This document shows positions 20,535 through 29,746 of a DNA stretch of 64,000 bases, piece by piece. This DNA comes from an uncultured delta proteobacterium. Its GTDB lineage: Bacteria; Myxococcota_A; Polyangia; Polyangiales; Polyangiaceae. Under the pieces are notes generated by a model. It ran no database searches. It worked only from the letters and a program-made list of their open reading frames with translations, and was not told where the DNA came from. A program made the position numbers and the translations under genes. The stretch is from NCBI GenBank assembly GCA_963782055.1, contig CAWAIF010000003.1, positions 96,001-160,000 of the forward strand, written 5' to 3'. Every line of letters begins with the position of its first letter. The first letter of the stretch is position 1.

Positions 20535-20907
20535 ATGGGCGTAGAGGTGGTCGTCACGGACGAGTTTGCGGCCTGGTACGAGGGCCTCTCCGAGTCGGAA
20601 CAGGACCGTGTGGCCTTCACGATTGGGCTGCTCGAGGAGCGCGGCGTGACGTTGCCGCACCCCTACTCCAGCTCCATCAAGGGCGCGTCGTTCGCCCTTC
20701 GAGAGCTGCGCACGCAGGCGGAAGGTGATCCTCTGCGAACCCCTGCGAACCCTGTACGCCTTCGACCCGTCGAGGCACGCCGTCCTGCTCATCGGCGGCG
20801 ACAAGACCGGAGATGACCGCTTCTACGCGAGGATGATCCCCCTCGCCGAACGGCTCTGGACCGAATACCTGGAGGAGACCGACCAGAACAAGCCCAAGAA
20901 GAAGTGA
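20535..20907 (+). pseudogene. RelE/HigB (Gp49-like) TA toxin, frameshifted
   Basis: EFAAWYEGL...LPHPYSSSIKG...LRELR...RTLYAFDPSRHAVLLIGGDK; 10-bp duplication 20733-20752. Confidence 0.85.
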
Positions 20908-20951
20908 CCCATGACCCGCCGAGACGGCGGACGTATTTCAGGAGCAGCATT

Positions 20952-21254
20952 ATGGCCACGCACAAGTGGAGCGAGTTGAAGGGCAAGATGGCGCCCGCGC
21001 GCAGGGCGCGGGTGGACGCGGCTGTCCGCCGAGAGCTTCTCACGATGGAGCTGCGCGAGCTGCGCGAGGAGGCCGGCAAGACCCAGGCGGAAGTCGGCGA
21101 GATCGCCGAGATGACGCAGGCCGAGCTGTCGAAGTTCGAGCGCCGGGAAGACCACCTCATCTCGACGCTACGACGCTACGTGACGGCCCTCGGTGGAGAG
21201 CTCGAGGTCGTCGCAGTGTTCGACAACAAGCGCATCGCGCTGAAGGGCGTCTGA
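20952..21254 (+). CDS. XRE/HigA-type HTH antitoxin
   Basis: LRELREEAGKTQAEVG...TQAELSKFERREDHLISTLRRYVTALGGELEV. Confidence 0.88.
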   Translation: MATHKWSELKGKMAPARRARVDAAVRRELLTMELRELREEAGKTQAEVGEIAEMTQAELSKFERREDHLISTLRRYVTALGGELEVVAVFDNKRIALKGV

Positions 21255-21529
21255 AACACATCAAACGGCCCTCTTGCGTAGACTCGGCGCCGGAGACCGC
21301 CGGCTGGAGCCACGGCGGAGGCGTCCACCGGAGACCCCCGCCGCCCTCCGCCGCTCTCTTCTACGACCGCGTCCCGTTCGCGCCCGACCACTCGTCGAGC
21401 AAGGCGCTCGCCTCCCGCCGGGTCAGGTTCTGCGGCGCGTCCTTGCCCGTCCGTTCGATGAGCGCCGCGCCCAGCGCCGCCGTAGAGCTCCGACCCACCA
21501 CCAACGCCCAGGCCGCCCGGAGGCGCACG

Positions 21530-21742
21530 ATGAGCGCCGCCCGCTGGGTCAGCGTGGCCGTCGCCGCCGAGCTCCTGGGACTGCCGCCGAGGAGCCTCCG
21601 CCGGACGCTCGAGCGTGCCTCCGGGCGCGTGGCGGATGGCGGTGTGGAAGCTCGCGTCGATGGCGTGCGCGGCCGCAAGTTTGGGCACCTGTGGCGCGTC
21701 CAGTTCAGCGAGAGCTGGCTCTCGACCAGGCCGCCGTCATGA
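21530..21742 (+). CDS. small excisionase-like HTH protein
   Basis: GGAGG RBS; WVSVAVAAELLGL...LRR...KFGHLWRV; located at island edge. Confidence 0.5.
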   Translation: MSAARWVSVAVAAELLGLPPRSLRRTLERASGRVADGGVEARVDGVRGRKFGHLWRVQFSESWLSTRPPS

Positions 21743-21869
21743 AGCTGAACGCCCTGCCGCGTGCTACCTTCCGGGTCTCTCCCAGGTGCTCGGGGATGCC
21801 GGAAAGGACACCGGCATGACCGTTCACAAGTACGTGAGGCGTGGGAATCTGTAATATGTACAGGTACTT

Positions 21870-21954
21870 GGAGGAGTGGCCGAGTGGTCTAAGGCAGCGG
21901 TTTTGAAAACCGCCGTACCGCAAGGTACCGGGAGTTCGAATCTCTCCTCCTCCG
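21870..21954 (+). tRNA. tRNA-Ser (anticodon TGA)
   Basis: GGAGGAG/CTCCTCC acceptor stem, GCGGT-ttTGAaa-ACCGC anticodon arm, long variable arm GTACC-GCAA-GGTAC, GTTCGAAT T-loop; CCA not encoded. Confidence 0.96.
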
Positions 21955-22212
21955 CCCTTCCTTTCCGACGGGTGCGAAAGCTCCACGGCGACAAGTTGCG
22001 CCATGACCGCACATATTGCCGTCCGGAAGCAGCTCCTGTAGCTCGGCTCAGCCCCGGCCTTGCCCATCTCTCGCCCTGCCCGGCCTCCTTCGCGGGGCTC
22101 CTTTGCGCTGTGGGTGACCTTCGGGGCCTTCTCCCGCACCGGGCGCGCGAAGTGCGTCCGCGTCTCCGGGGAGCGACGCCGCGGTTGGCACCCACATTGC
22201 TCTGCGGTGGTC

Positions 22213-22857
22213 GTGTATGCAGCCCCCCAGCCGTCGACGACATTTGCGAAGCTGAAGCAGAAGGTCGACCACAACCTGGAGCGAGGGCTCGCCACCCTCG
22301 TCGAGAAGGGTGTGAGGTTTGCGAGCTCGGAGGTCAGGAGCCGGGTCGTCTTCCGCGACGCCACCCGCGTGGGTGTCGGAGTACGGATCGTCGGAAGGTC
22401 GCCCCGGATCAACAACGCGGGAGGGTCGCTCATCGTCGGAGACAACGTGCTGTTCGACGCGCCGATCACGCCGATCTACTTCGATGTCCGGCGAGACGCG
22501 CTGCTGCGTATCGGGGCTGCTTCCTACATCAACGATGGCGTCTGGTTCGGCTGTACCAAGCGGATCACCATCGGCGACCGTGCGCTGATCGGCCCCGGAG
22601 TGCGCTTCTTCGACAACCCGTACCACGGCATCTACAAACGCGAGGTGCCGCCCGCGTCGCGGCCGATCACGATCGAGGACGACGTGTGGATCGCGTCCGA
22701 CACGATCATCCTGCCCGGCGTGACGATCGGGCGCGGGGCCATCGTCGGGGCTCATGCGGTCGTGGTGGCCGACGTCGCACCGTTCACGGTCGTCGCCGGC
22801 AACCCTGCACGGGCCGTTCGAACTCTCGATCCGACGCGCTTCGTCCAGACCGCCTGA
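22213..22857 (+). CDS. hexapeptide (left-handed beta-helix) acyltransferase
   Basis: ITIEDDVWIA...ILPGVTIGRGAIVGAHAVV...VVAGNPAR; start uncertain. Confidence 0.85.
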   Translation: MYAAPQPSTTFAKLKQKVDHNLERGLATLVEKGVRFASSEVRSRVVFRDATRVGVGVRIVGRSPRINNAGGSLIVGDNVLFDAPITPIYFDVRRDALLRIGAASYINDGVWFGCTKRITIGDRALIGPGVRFFDNPYHGIYKREVPPASRPITIEDDVWIASDTIILPGVTIGRGAIVGAHAVVVADVAPFTVVAGNPARAVRTLDPTRFVQTA

Positions 22858-23001
22858 GCCGCGAAACGGGCGCTTCGTCGCTCGGGCTGGAGTCGCAGAC
22901 TGCGGCGGCGCAACGTCCTCCCGTGCGCGCGCCCGAGCCGCGCGACGACGCAGAGAGGCCGCGCCTTGCGTGCGCCTTCACGGCGCATGTAGCGTGGGTG
23001 C

Positions 23002-23448
23002 ATGGCCGAGCTCTGTCCGTGTCCAGGGTGCCGGCGGCACGTGCGCGCCGGCGAGCCCTGTCCCTTCTGCGGCGCCGTGGCGCCGGAGGCGCCGCGCGCC
23101 AGCTCGTCCCTCGGGCGCTCTTCGCGCGCGGCGCTGGTCGTGCTGGTGGCGGCTTCGCCGGGCTCGCTCCTCGACTGCCACAATCCCGCGCCCATGGGGG
23201 CGGTCTACGGAGGGCCGCCGCTGGCCGTGATGGACGCGGCGCCGCCGCCCGCGGTGGCGGACGCCGGTGCGCCTGCGCCGGACGTGCCGGACGCCGCAGC
23301 CCCGGCACCGGACGTGTCGGACGCCGCCGTCGCGGCGCCGCCCGCGCGCGACGCCGCGGTGAAGCCGGCGCCGCCCGTGCCGTACCGCCCGCCCGCGACC
23401 ATGTACGGTGGCCCGCCGCCGTGGGACCACCCGAAGCTCAAGCGCTAG
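23002..23448 (+). CDS. small Zn-ribbon membrane protein with YGGPP motifs
   Basis: CPGCRRHV...CPFCG, hydrophobic stretch, two (V/M)YGGPP motifs. Confidence 0.7.
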   Translation: MAELCPCPGCRRHVRAGEPCPFCGAVAPEAPRASSSLGRSSRAALVVLVAASPGSLLDCHNPAPMGAVYGGPPLAVMDAAPPPAVADAGAPAPDVPDAAAPAPDVSDAAVAAPPARDAAVKPAPPVPYRPPATMYGGPPPWDHPKLKR

Positions 23449-23479
23449 ATCGGCGTTCGTGATCCTCGAACGCCGATCT
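23447..23479. terminator. 13-bp stem-loop between convergent genes
   Basis: agatcggcgttcg-tgatcct-cgaacgccgatct. Confidence 0.6.
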
Positions 23480-23549
23480 TCGCGAGCAAAAGCGAGCGCC
23501 ACGTGGGGGTGGGCCGGCGCGTGCCGCCCGTGAGACAAGACCTAGTCGG

Positions 23550-23576
23550 ACGAGCGCGATTCGGAATCGCGCTCGT
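23550..23576. terminator. second hairpin at 3' end of GNAT gene
   Basis: acgagcgcgattc-g-gaatcgcgctcgt. Confidence 0.55.
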
Positions 23577-24101
23577 TCATTTAGTCCCGCACCTCATGCG
23601 GTAGCGCACCTCGTCCGCCGTCGCGCCCAGGACCTCCCGCCGTTCCTCCGCGCCGTCCGCGCGCCAGCCAGCCGCCTCGTAGAAGCGGCGCGCGCGGTCG
23701 TTGCCGCGCACCATCCAGAGCACGGCCTCCTCGTGTCCGAGCAGGCCGAGCGCGCGTGTCGCCGCCGCGAGGAGCACGCGCCCGGCGCCGCGGCCCCACG
23801 CGTCGGGGTCCAGGTTGATCGCGTAGAGCTCGCCCAGCCCCAGCCCCTCGCGATCCGGCCCGATGCCCGCGAAGCCGACCGGCGCGGCGCCGCCGTCCTC
23901 GCACACGACGAGGACGCGCTTCGCGGGGTCGGCGGGCCGCTCCAGCCGCTGCCGCCACGCCGTGGCGCGCTCGAGGACGTCCAGCCCGTCCAGGTACGCA
24001 TCGGTGAAGACGCCGCGATACGCCGCCTGCCAGGCGCGCACGTGCACCCGCCCGAGCGCGTCAGCGTCGCCGGCGACCGCGTCACGGGTGACCCACGTCA
24101 T
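23577..24101 (-). CDS. GNAT family acetyltransferase
   Basis: VHVRAWQAAYRG, WGRGAGRVLL, NDRARRFYEAAGW. Confidence 0.88.
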   Translation of the reverse strand: MTWVTRDAVAGDADALGRVHVRAWQAAYRGVFTDAYLDGLDVLERATAWRQRLERPADPAKRVLVVCEDGGAAPVGFAGIGPDREGLGLGELYAINLDPDAWGRGAGRVLLAAATRALGLLGHEEAVLWMVRGNDRARRFYEAAGWRADGAEERREVLGATADEVRYRMRCGTK

Positions 24102-24185
24102 GAGGGACAGAGTACGCCCCGACGCGAACGCACGCGATGAGACGGCGCGAGCGCCTCCTGCGATCCGCCTTACGTTGGCCGTGCC

Positions 24186-24466
24186 ATGACGAAGGAAGCT
24201 CGCAGCCACGTCGACGACCTGCGTGGCGCGAGCCGGCTGGTGATCGAGGCCACCGAGGCGGTCACCGGGGTCGTCGAGGCCATGCATCGCACGATCGCGG
24301 GCGGGCCGGAGGTTCTCGGCCGGCCGCTGGAGCGCCCCGTCCGCGGGATCACCGATCGCTCACCCTGGCCTTTCCCCCATCGCACCGGTGGATCGCCTTC
24401 GGGGCCGGCCACCTGGCTCTCCTGAGCAGCCCGGCGGTGTACGAGACGCTCTGCTCCTGGCTCTGA
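24186..24466 (+). pseudogene. internally deleted PGAP1-like alpha/beta hydrolase
   Basis: N-terminus DLRGASRLVIEATEAVTGVVEAMHRTIA joined out of frame to C-terminus GAGHLALLSSPAVYETLCSWL*. Confidence 0.55.
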
Positions 24467-24601
24467 CCTCCCGCGCGCCGCCGGGGCGCCCGCCGGGTCG
24501 CCCTGATCGCCCGGCCCTTCGTGGTAGGTTGCACGAGCGATGAGCGCGCAGATCAGGCCCGTGGCGTGCGGAGACGTCGCCGCCAGGAAGGGAGGCGCGT
24601 G

Positions 24602-26830
24602 ATGGACGTTCACGCCTGGCTCGTCGAGGTGGTCACCGGCGCGACGTCGGCGGCGGACGCGCTGGACTCCGCCGCGCGCGTGGTGGCCGAGGCCCTGAGC
24701 GCCGACACGTGCAGTCTCTTCGTCCGCACCCGGGACCACCAGCTCGACCTGCGCGCGCACGCCGGGCCGGTGCCGGAGCCCGCGGCGTGGGGCGACGAGG
24801 CGGCGCTCGCCCACAAGGCCCTGGACGCGACCCGCCCGATGACGAGCGAGGCCTCCGGGTCGGCGATCCTGGCGGTGCCCATCGCGGCCATCAACCAGGC
24901 AATCGGCGCGATCGTGGTGCGCCGCCCAGCGGGCGCCGCGTTCACGGCCGAGGAGATCATGCGCCTGTCGGGGGTGGCCTCGCAGCTGGTCGCCGTCGTG
25001 GAGAGCGCGCGGCTCTCCGACACGCTGGATCGCAGCGGCGCGGCGACGCCCCTCGCCGAGCCCGAGCCCGAAGCGCTGCTGGCGTCCACCGGAGAGCGGG
25101 TGCTCGAGGGCGTCGCCGCCTCGCCGGGCATCGCCATCGGAACGGCCACCTTCCGCAGCGTCTTCCCGCGCGCCATCCTCCACCAGGAGAAGACCTACCG
25201 CGGGGAGGAGGCCGAGAACGCCCGCGTGCGCGACGCGTACGAGAAGACGCGCAACGACCTCGTCCGCCTGCAATCCGCCGCGGCGAGCGAGATCGGCGAG
25301 GAGGAGGCGCTCATCTTCGGGACGCACCTGCTCTTGCTCCACGACCCGCTGCTCACCGGCCTCGTCGGCCGGGGGATCGCCTCCGGCCGCACCGCGGCGG
25401 TCGCCGTGAGCGACGGCTTCGACGAGATCGCGCGGCGGCTGCGCGAGACGCACGACCCCTACATCCAGGAGCGCGTCGAGGACGTCGAGGACCTGCGCAC
25501 GCGCGTCCTGGATTACCTCGTGGGTGCGGAGCGGCACGGGGAGCTGGACGCGCGGGTGGTCGTCGGCGCCCGCACCACACCGTCGCTCGTCGTCGAGCTG
25601 AAGGGCCGCGGCGCGCTGGGGATCGCGAGCGAGCTCGGCGGGTCGACGTCGCACGGCGTGCTCCTCGCCCGGGCCCTGGGCGTGCCGGCCGTCACCGGCG
25701 TGGCGAACCTGATCGGCCAGGTGGGCGCCGGCGACGAGCTGGTCGTCGACGGCGACGAGGGACGGGTGGTGCTGCGACCGACAGCGGAGACGAAGGCGGA
25801 CTACGCGCGGCGCGCGGAGGCCATCGAGAAGCAGCGCACCGAGTTTCTCCGCTACCACGACGTGCCCGCGAGCACGGCGGACGGCGTGCGCTTCCAGCTC
25901 CAGGCGAACATCGCGCTGGGCGCCGACATCGCGATCGCGCGGGCGAACGGCGCCGACGGCATCGGCCTGTACCGCACCGAGTTCCCCTTCATCGTGCGTG
26001 ACGCGCTGCCGACCGTGGAGGAGCAGGTGCGCATCTACGCGAAGCCCTACGAGGCCTTCCCCGACGCGCCGATCACCTTCCGCCTCCTGGACCTCGCTGG
26101 CGACAAGTTCCTCCCGAGCCGCGAGCTCGGTGTGGTGCACGATGCCTTCCACGGGTATCGATCCATCCGCATCCTGTTCGACTACCCGCACGTCCTGCGC
26201 GACCAGGTCCAGGCCTTCGCGCTCGCTGCCGCCGGCAAGCCGCTGCGGATCTTGATCCCGCTGGTGACGTCGGTACAGGACGTGGTGCGCATCAAGCAGC
26301 TCGTGGAGGCCGCGCTGGCGCAGCTCCCACCGTCGTGCAAGCGAGGCCCCCTGCTGTACGGGGCGATGGTGGAGACGCCGGCGGCCGTCGAGATGGTGAG
26401 CGAGCTGGCGCGAGAGGTCGAGTTCTTCTCCATCGGCACCAACGATCTCATCCAGTACTCCCTGGTGGTCGACCGGGAGGACCCGCGCATGGCGACGGGA
26501 CGGCACGCATACCACCCGGCGATCCTGCGGATGCTTCATCGCGTCGTGCAGCGCGCGCGGGCTGCCGGGAGGCACGTCGCCGTCTGCGGCGAGATGGCGG
26601 GCCGTCCGCTCCTCGCCATCACACTACTCGCGATGGGCGTCGATGCGCTGAGCGTCACGCCGCGCGCGATCCCCGAGCTCAAGCAGGCGCTGGCGCAGAC
26701 GCCGCTCGAACCGCTGCGGGGGAGCGTCGAAGCGCTGGTCGCCCTGCCGAGCACAGAAGCCGTGGAGACGGCGCTGCGGCAGTACGCGCGCGACGGGAAG
26801 CCCGTCGGCGAGGCGTCCCCGGTGGCGTGA
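24602..26830 (+). CDS. ptsP: GAF-containing PEP-protein phosphotransferase (EI-Ntr-like)
   Basis: N-terminal GAF; TSHGVLLARALGVPAV; GIGLYRTEF; FSIGTNDLIQY; VCGEMAG. Confidence 0.88.
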   Translation: MDVHAWLVEVVTGATSAADALDSAARVVAEALSADTCSLFVRTRDHQLDLRAHAGPVPEPAAWGDEAALAHKALDATRPMTSEASGSAILAVPIAAINQAIGAIVVRRPAGAAFTAEEIMRLSGVASQLVAVVESARLSDTLDRSGAATPLAEPEPEALLASTGERVLEGVAASPGIAIGTATFRSVFPRAILHQEKTYRGEEAENARVRDAYEKTRNDLVRLQSAAASEIGEEEALIFGTHLLLLHDPLLTGLVGRGIASGRTAAVAVSDGFDEIARRLRETHDPYIQERVEDVEDLRTRVLDYLVGAERHGELDARVVVGARTTPSLVVELKGRGALGIASELGGSTSHGVLLARALGVPAVTGVANLIGQVGAGDELVVDGDEGRVVLRPTAETKADYARRAEAIEKQRTEFLRYHDVPASTADGVRFQLQANIALGADIAIARANGADGIGLYRTEFPFIVRDALPTVEEQVRIYAKPYEAFPDAPITFRLLDLAGDKFLPSRELGVVHDAFHGYRSIRILFDYPHVLRDQVQAFALAAAGKPLRILIPLVTSVQDVVRIKQLVEAALAQLPPSCKRGPLLYGAMVETPAAVEMVSELAREVEFFSIGTNDLIQYSLVVDREDPRMATGRHAYHPAILRMLHRVVQRARAAGRHVAVCGEMAGRPLLAITLLAMGVDALSVTPRAIPELKQALAQTPLEPLRGSVEALVALPSTEAVETALRQYARDGKPVGEASPVA

Positions 26831-26884
26831 GCCGAGGCGCGAGGCGCGCTCCTCCAGGCGCGCGCCGCGGGCGAGGGCGGCCGA

Positions 26885-27337
26885 TCAGCCGGGATACCGG
26901 CCGACGATGTACCCCTCGAGCTGGGTGATCGCCGCGCGCTGCTCGCTGATCAGGCGCTCGACGAGATCGCCGATGGAGATGATGCCCACCAGACCCTCGT
27001 CGCCCACCACGGGCAGGTGCCGCACACGCCGCCGCGTCATCATGCGCAGCGCCTCCTCCACCGTGCAGCCGGGCTCCACCGTGACGACCGGCGTCGTCAT
27101 GATCTCGCGCACGGTCGTGTCGCGGGAGGAGCGCCCGCGAAGGATGACCTTGCGGGTGTAGTCGCGCTCGGAGACGACACCGACGAGCTCGTCGTCGTCG
27201 TCCAGGACGAGCAGCGCGCCGATCTGCTTGTCGCTCATCACGCGGATCGCGTCGAGCACCGTCTCGCCGGCGCGGATGGTGAAGACGCCGTGACCCTTGA
27301 CGTCCAGGATGGACGCGATGTCGTCGAGGAAATCCAT
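26885..27337 (-). CDS. CBS-pair protein
   Basis: IGALLV...GVVSERDY...MT...RHLPVV...GIISIGDLV. Confidence 0.92.
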   Translation of the reverse strand: MDFLDDIASILDVKGHGVFTIRAGETVLDAIRVMSDKQIGALLVLDDDDELVGVVSERDYTRKVILRGRSSRDTTVREIMTTPVVTVEPGCTVEEALRMMTRRRVRHLPVVGDEGLVGIISIGDLVERLISEQRAAITQLEGYIVGRYPG

Positions 27338-27348
27338 GCCCTCCACGT

Positions 27349-27364
27349 AGCAAGCGCGGTGCCA
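27349..27364 (-). promoter_or_regulatory. sigma54 -24/-12 promoter of CBS gene
   Basis: TGGCAC-cgcgc-TTGCT, ending 11 nt before the ATG. Confidence 0.7.
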
Positions 27365-27549
27365 CCGTGGCGTCGCGCGGCCGCATGAATTACGCCCAGC
27401 GCAGCCGCGTGCGCCCGCGTGCTCTCGCCGCGACGAATGGTCGCGCTGTGATCGGTCGGCCGCGCGCACGGCGCAGGCGCACCATGTGCCGCACGAAGAG
27501 CGCGCGACCGAACTTCTTGCGGCGCGTATGGCGTGCTGGGCGTCGCGGC

Positions 27550-28047
27550 TCAGCGGGCGCCGGAGAGATCGTAGGTGATGGTGCAGGGCAGCGCGTCGTA
27601 CATGCCGCCGGACGCGCTGAGCTGGTCGGAGCAGGTGGAGTCGGAGGTGGCGGTGAAGGTGTACGAGAGCGTGCCGGTGAACCCGGACGGCGAGGCGCCG
27701 TCGCCCAGCGTCAGGTCCAGCGCGTCGGTGCGCGTCATGGTGCACGCGCCCGGGCCGGCGTCGGTGGCGTCGACGTTGGCGGTGGAGGTGGAGGTCGTGC
27801 TCATGCTCGACCCGGTGAGCGCGCCGGAGAGGAGCGGCGCGCCGTCCATCGTGTTCCAGTAGAGCTTGTCCGGCGTCTTGGAGAGCATCACGCGGAAGGT
27901 CCACGGGTCGGGAGCTTGCGGCCCGGTCCCGCACGTGTTGGCGGTGACGTTGCCCGTCACCGTGTAGACGCCGAGGGTGTCCCCCGGCATGGAGCAGCTC
28001 GCCGTCCCGAGCCCCAGCACCAACGCGACCCAGAGGATCCTGCGCAT
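27550..28047 (-). CDS. hypothetical lipoprotein
   Basis: Signal peptide ending TASC; Thr/Ser/Cys-rich. Confidence 0.75.
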   Translation of the reverse strand: MRRILWVALVLGLGTASCSMPGDTLGVYTVTGNVTANTCGTGPQAPDPWTFRVMLSKTPDKLYWNTMDGAPLLSGALTGSSMSTTSTSTANVDATDAGPGACTMTRTDALDLTLGDGASPSGFTGTLSYTFTATSDSTCSDQLSASGGMYDALPCTITYDLSGAR

Positions 28048-28110
28048 CCCGACTGATCAGCACATCCCGCCCGCGCGGGCCAAGCAAACGCCGACCCGCC
28101 GCGAAGCCGC

Positions 28111-28428
28111 TCAGATCCGGAACGCGTTCGCAGGCACCAGCAAGGAGAGGAGCGCCACGAACACCACCGGCCCCAGCACGCCAAGGCCCACGCCGACCAG
28201 CGCCTGCCCGCGCCCTCGCCGCTCCCGCGCGACGATCGCCCCGACCCCGCCCACGACCAGCGACAGCAGCGCCAGGGGCAGGACGGCCAGCATCCCGACG
28301 AGCGCCGTCGCCCCGCCATCCTGGCCCTGCAGCGCGGCGGCGAGCGCGAAGAAGACGCCGGTGAACATCGTCAGGCAGCCGACGATGAGGCCGAGCATGG
28401 CGACGAGCGTCCGGACGGGCACGGACAC
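28111..28428 (-). CDS. small membrane protein
   Basis: Three hydrophobic segments. Confidence 0.65.
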   Translation of the reverse strand: MSVPVRTLVAMLGLIVGCLTMFTGVFFALAAALQGQDGGATALVGMLAVLPLALLSLVVGGVGAIVARERRGRGQALVGVGLGVLGPVVFVALLSLLVPANAFRI

Positions 28429-28474
28429 ATGCTACCGCCGAACTCCGCCGTGCGGCGCTACCATGCACGCGCCC

Positions 28475-29668
28475 ATGCGCCGCCTCCTGCCGCTAGCCTG
28501 TCTCGCCGGCATGGCCGCCGTCACCTGCGGTGGGCGGACCCAGCTCGGCGTACCCCGGCGCGACGGCGGGACGATCGGCTGCGTCCCGGCGCGACCACCC
28601 GTCGCGCACTGCACCGCCTGGGTGGCCGGCACGCCCCTCACGATCGCGCCGCCGCCGCCCTCCAACGGCGGGCTGCAGCTCGGCGGGGCCGCCGCCGTCA
28701 CGTGCGGCGCGCTCGTCGCCTGGTACACGGTGACGCCCGAGCCGAGCGGCGCGCTCACGTGGAGCACGCGCCTCGTCGGCTTCGACGGGGCACCGCTCGC
28801 CCAGGCGGTCACGCACCCGGCGCTCGGCTCGGCCACAGACACCTCCGCGGCGATCTCCCTGGCCGTCGGCGGTGCGCGCGTGGGGGCGCTGGTGTCCGAC
28901 GCCGTCGGCTGCAAGTTCGGCACACTCGATATGGAGGGCCACGACACCGCCGGCGCGCTCCCTCTCGGGACCGGGCGCTGCTTCGGTCTCGCCGCCCGTG
29001 GCAGCGGGTGGAGCTTCCTGCGGGCCGCGGGCACCGACAGCACCCCGCCACTGCAGCTCGCCGAGCTGGACTCCGCCGGCCACGAGCTGGACGAGACGCT
29101 GGCCGCGGCGGTCGATCAGACCGCGTGGGAACGCCTCACCTTCGGCGACGGCAGCTTCCTCCTCGACACCTTCCGGGAAGATCTCTCCACCAGCACCGAC
29201 ACCAACTGGCTCACGCCCTACGACGCCGCCGGCGACGCCCTCGGGCCACGCGTCGCGGTGGACGGCTTCGACAGCGCGCCGGTGTGGCTCGTCGCCGCGG
29301 GCCAGAGCGCGCTCGCCTTCTGGTCATGGGACGCGCTGTACGCGCGGCCCGTCGGTCGCGAGGGCGTGGCGACCGGCGCGTCGAAGAACGTGAGCGGCAA
29401 GGCGACGATTTACGAGCTGCGCGCGGCCGCGCTCCCCGACGGCGACGTGCTGATGGTGTGGAAGGCGCTGGAGGCCGCCAGCCGCTTCGGCCTGTACGCG
29501 GTGTCCCTGGCGCCGGACGGCACCCCGCGCGGGACGCCGACGCGGGTGGCCGGCCAGCTGGAGTCCTCCTTCGTGGAGATCTCGGTGGAGCCCACCGGCG
29601 CCCGGGCGGTGCTGATCAGCGACGAGGTGGGCGGCCTCCAGGCGCTGCCGATCACCTGCGCGCCGTGA
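28475..29668 (+). CDS. hypothetical secreted protein/lipoprotein
   Basis: Signal peptide ending AVTCGG; host codon usage. Confidence 0.7.
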   Translation: MRRLLPLACLAGMAAVTCGGRTQLGVPRRDGGTIGCVPARPPVAHCTAWVAGTPLTIAPPPPSNGGLQLGGAAAVTCGALVAWYTVTPEPSGALTWSTRLVGFDGAPLAQAVTHPALGSATDTSAAISLAVGGARVGALVSDAVGCKFGTLDMEGHDTAGALPLGTGRCFGLAARGSGWSFLRAAGTDSTPPLQLAELDSAGHELDETLAAAVDQTAWERLTFGDGSFLLDTFREDLSTSTDTNWLTPYDAAGDALGPRVAVDGFDSAPVWLVAAGQSALAFWSWDALYARPVGREGVATGASKNVSGKATIYELRAAALPDGDVLMVWKALEAASRFGLYAVSLAPDGTPRGTPTRVAGQLESSFVEISVEPTGARAVLISDEVGGLQALPITCAP

Positions 29669-29746
29669 CCCGAGCTCCGGGCCGCAGGCCGGCTGTCGCT
29701 TTTCGTGACGGATCGAGGCGCGAGCGGGCATCCGACCTTGCCACGC

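Noticed and set aside
21849..21863. Third LexA box before tRNA-Ser
   Set aside because: Spacing is CTG-N9-CAG, one short of the two better sites, and it lacks the TACTGAA half-site
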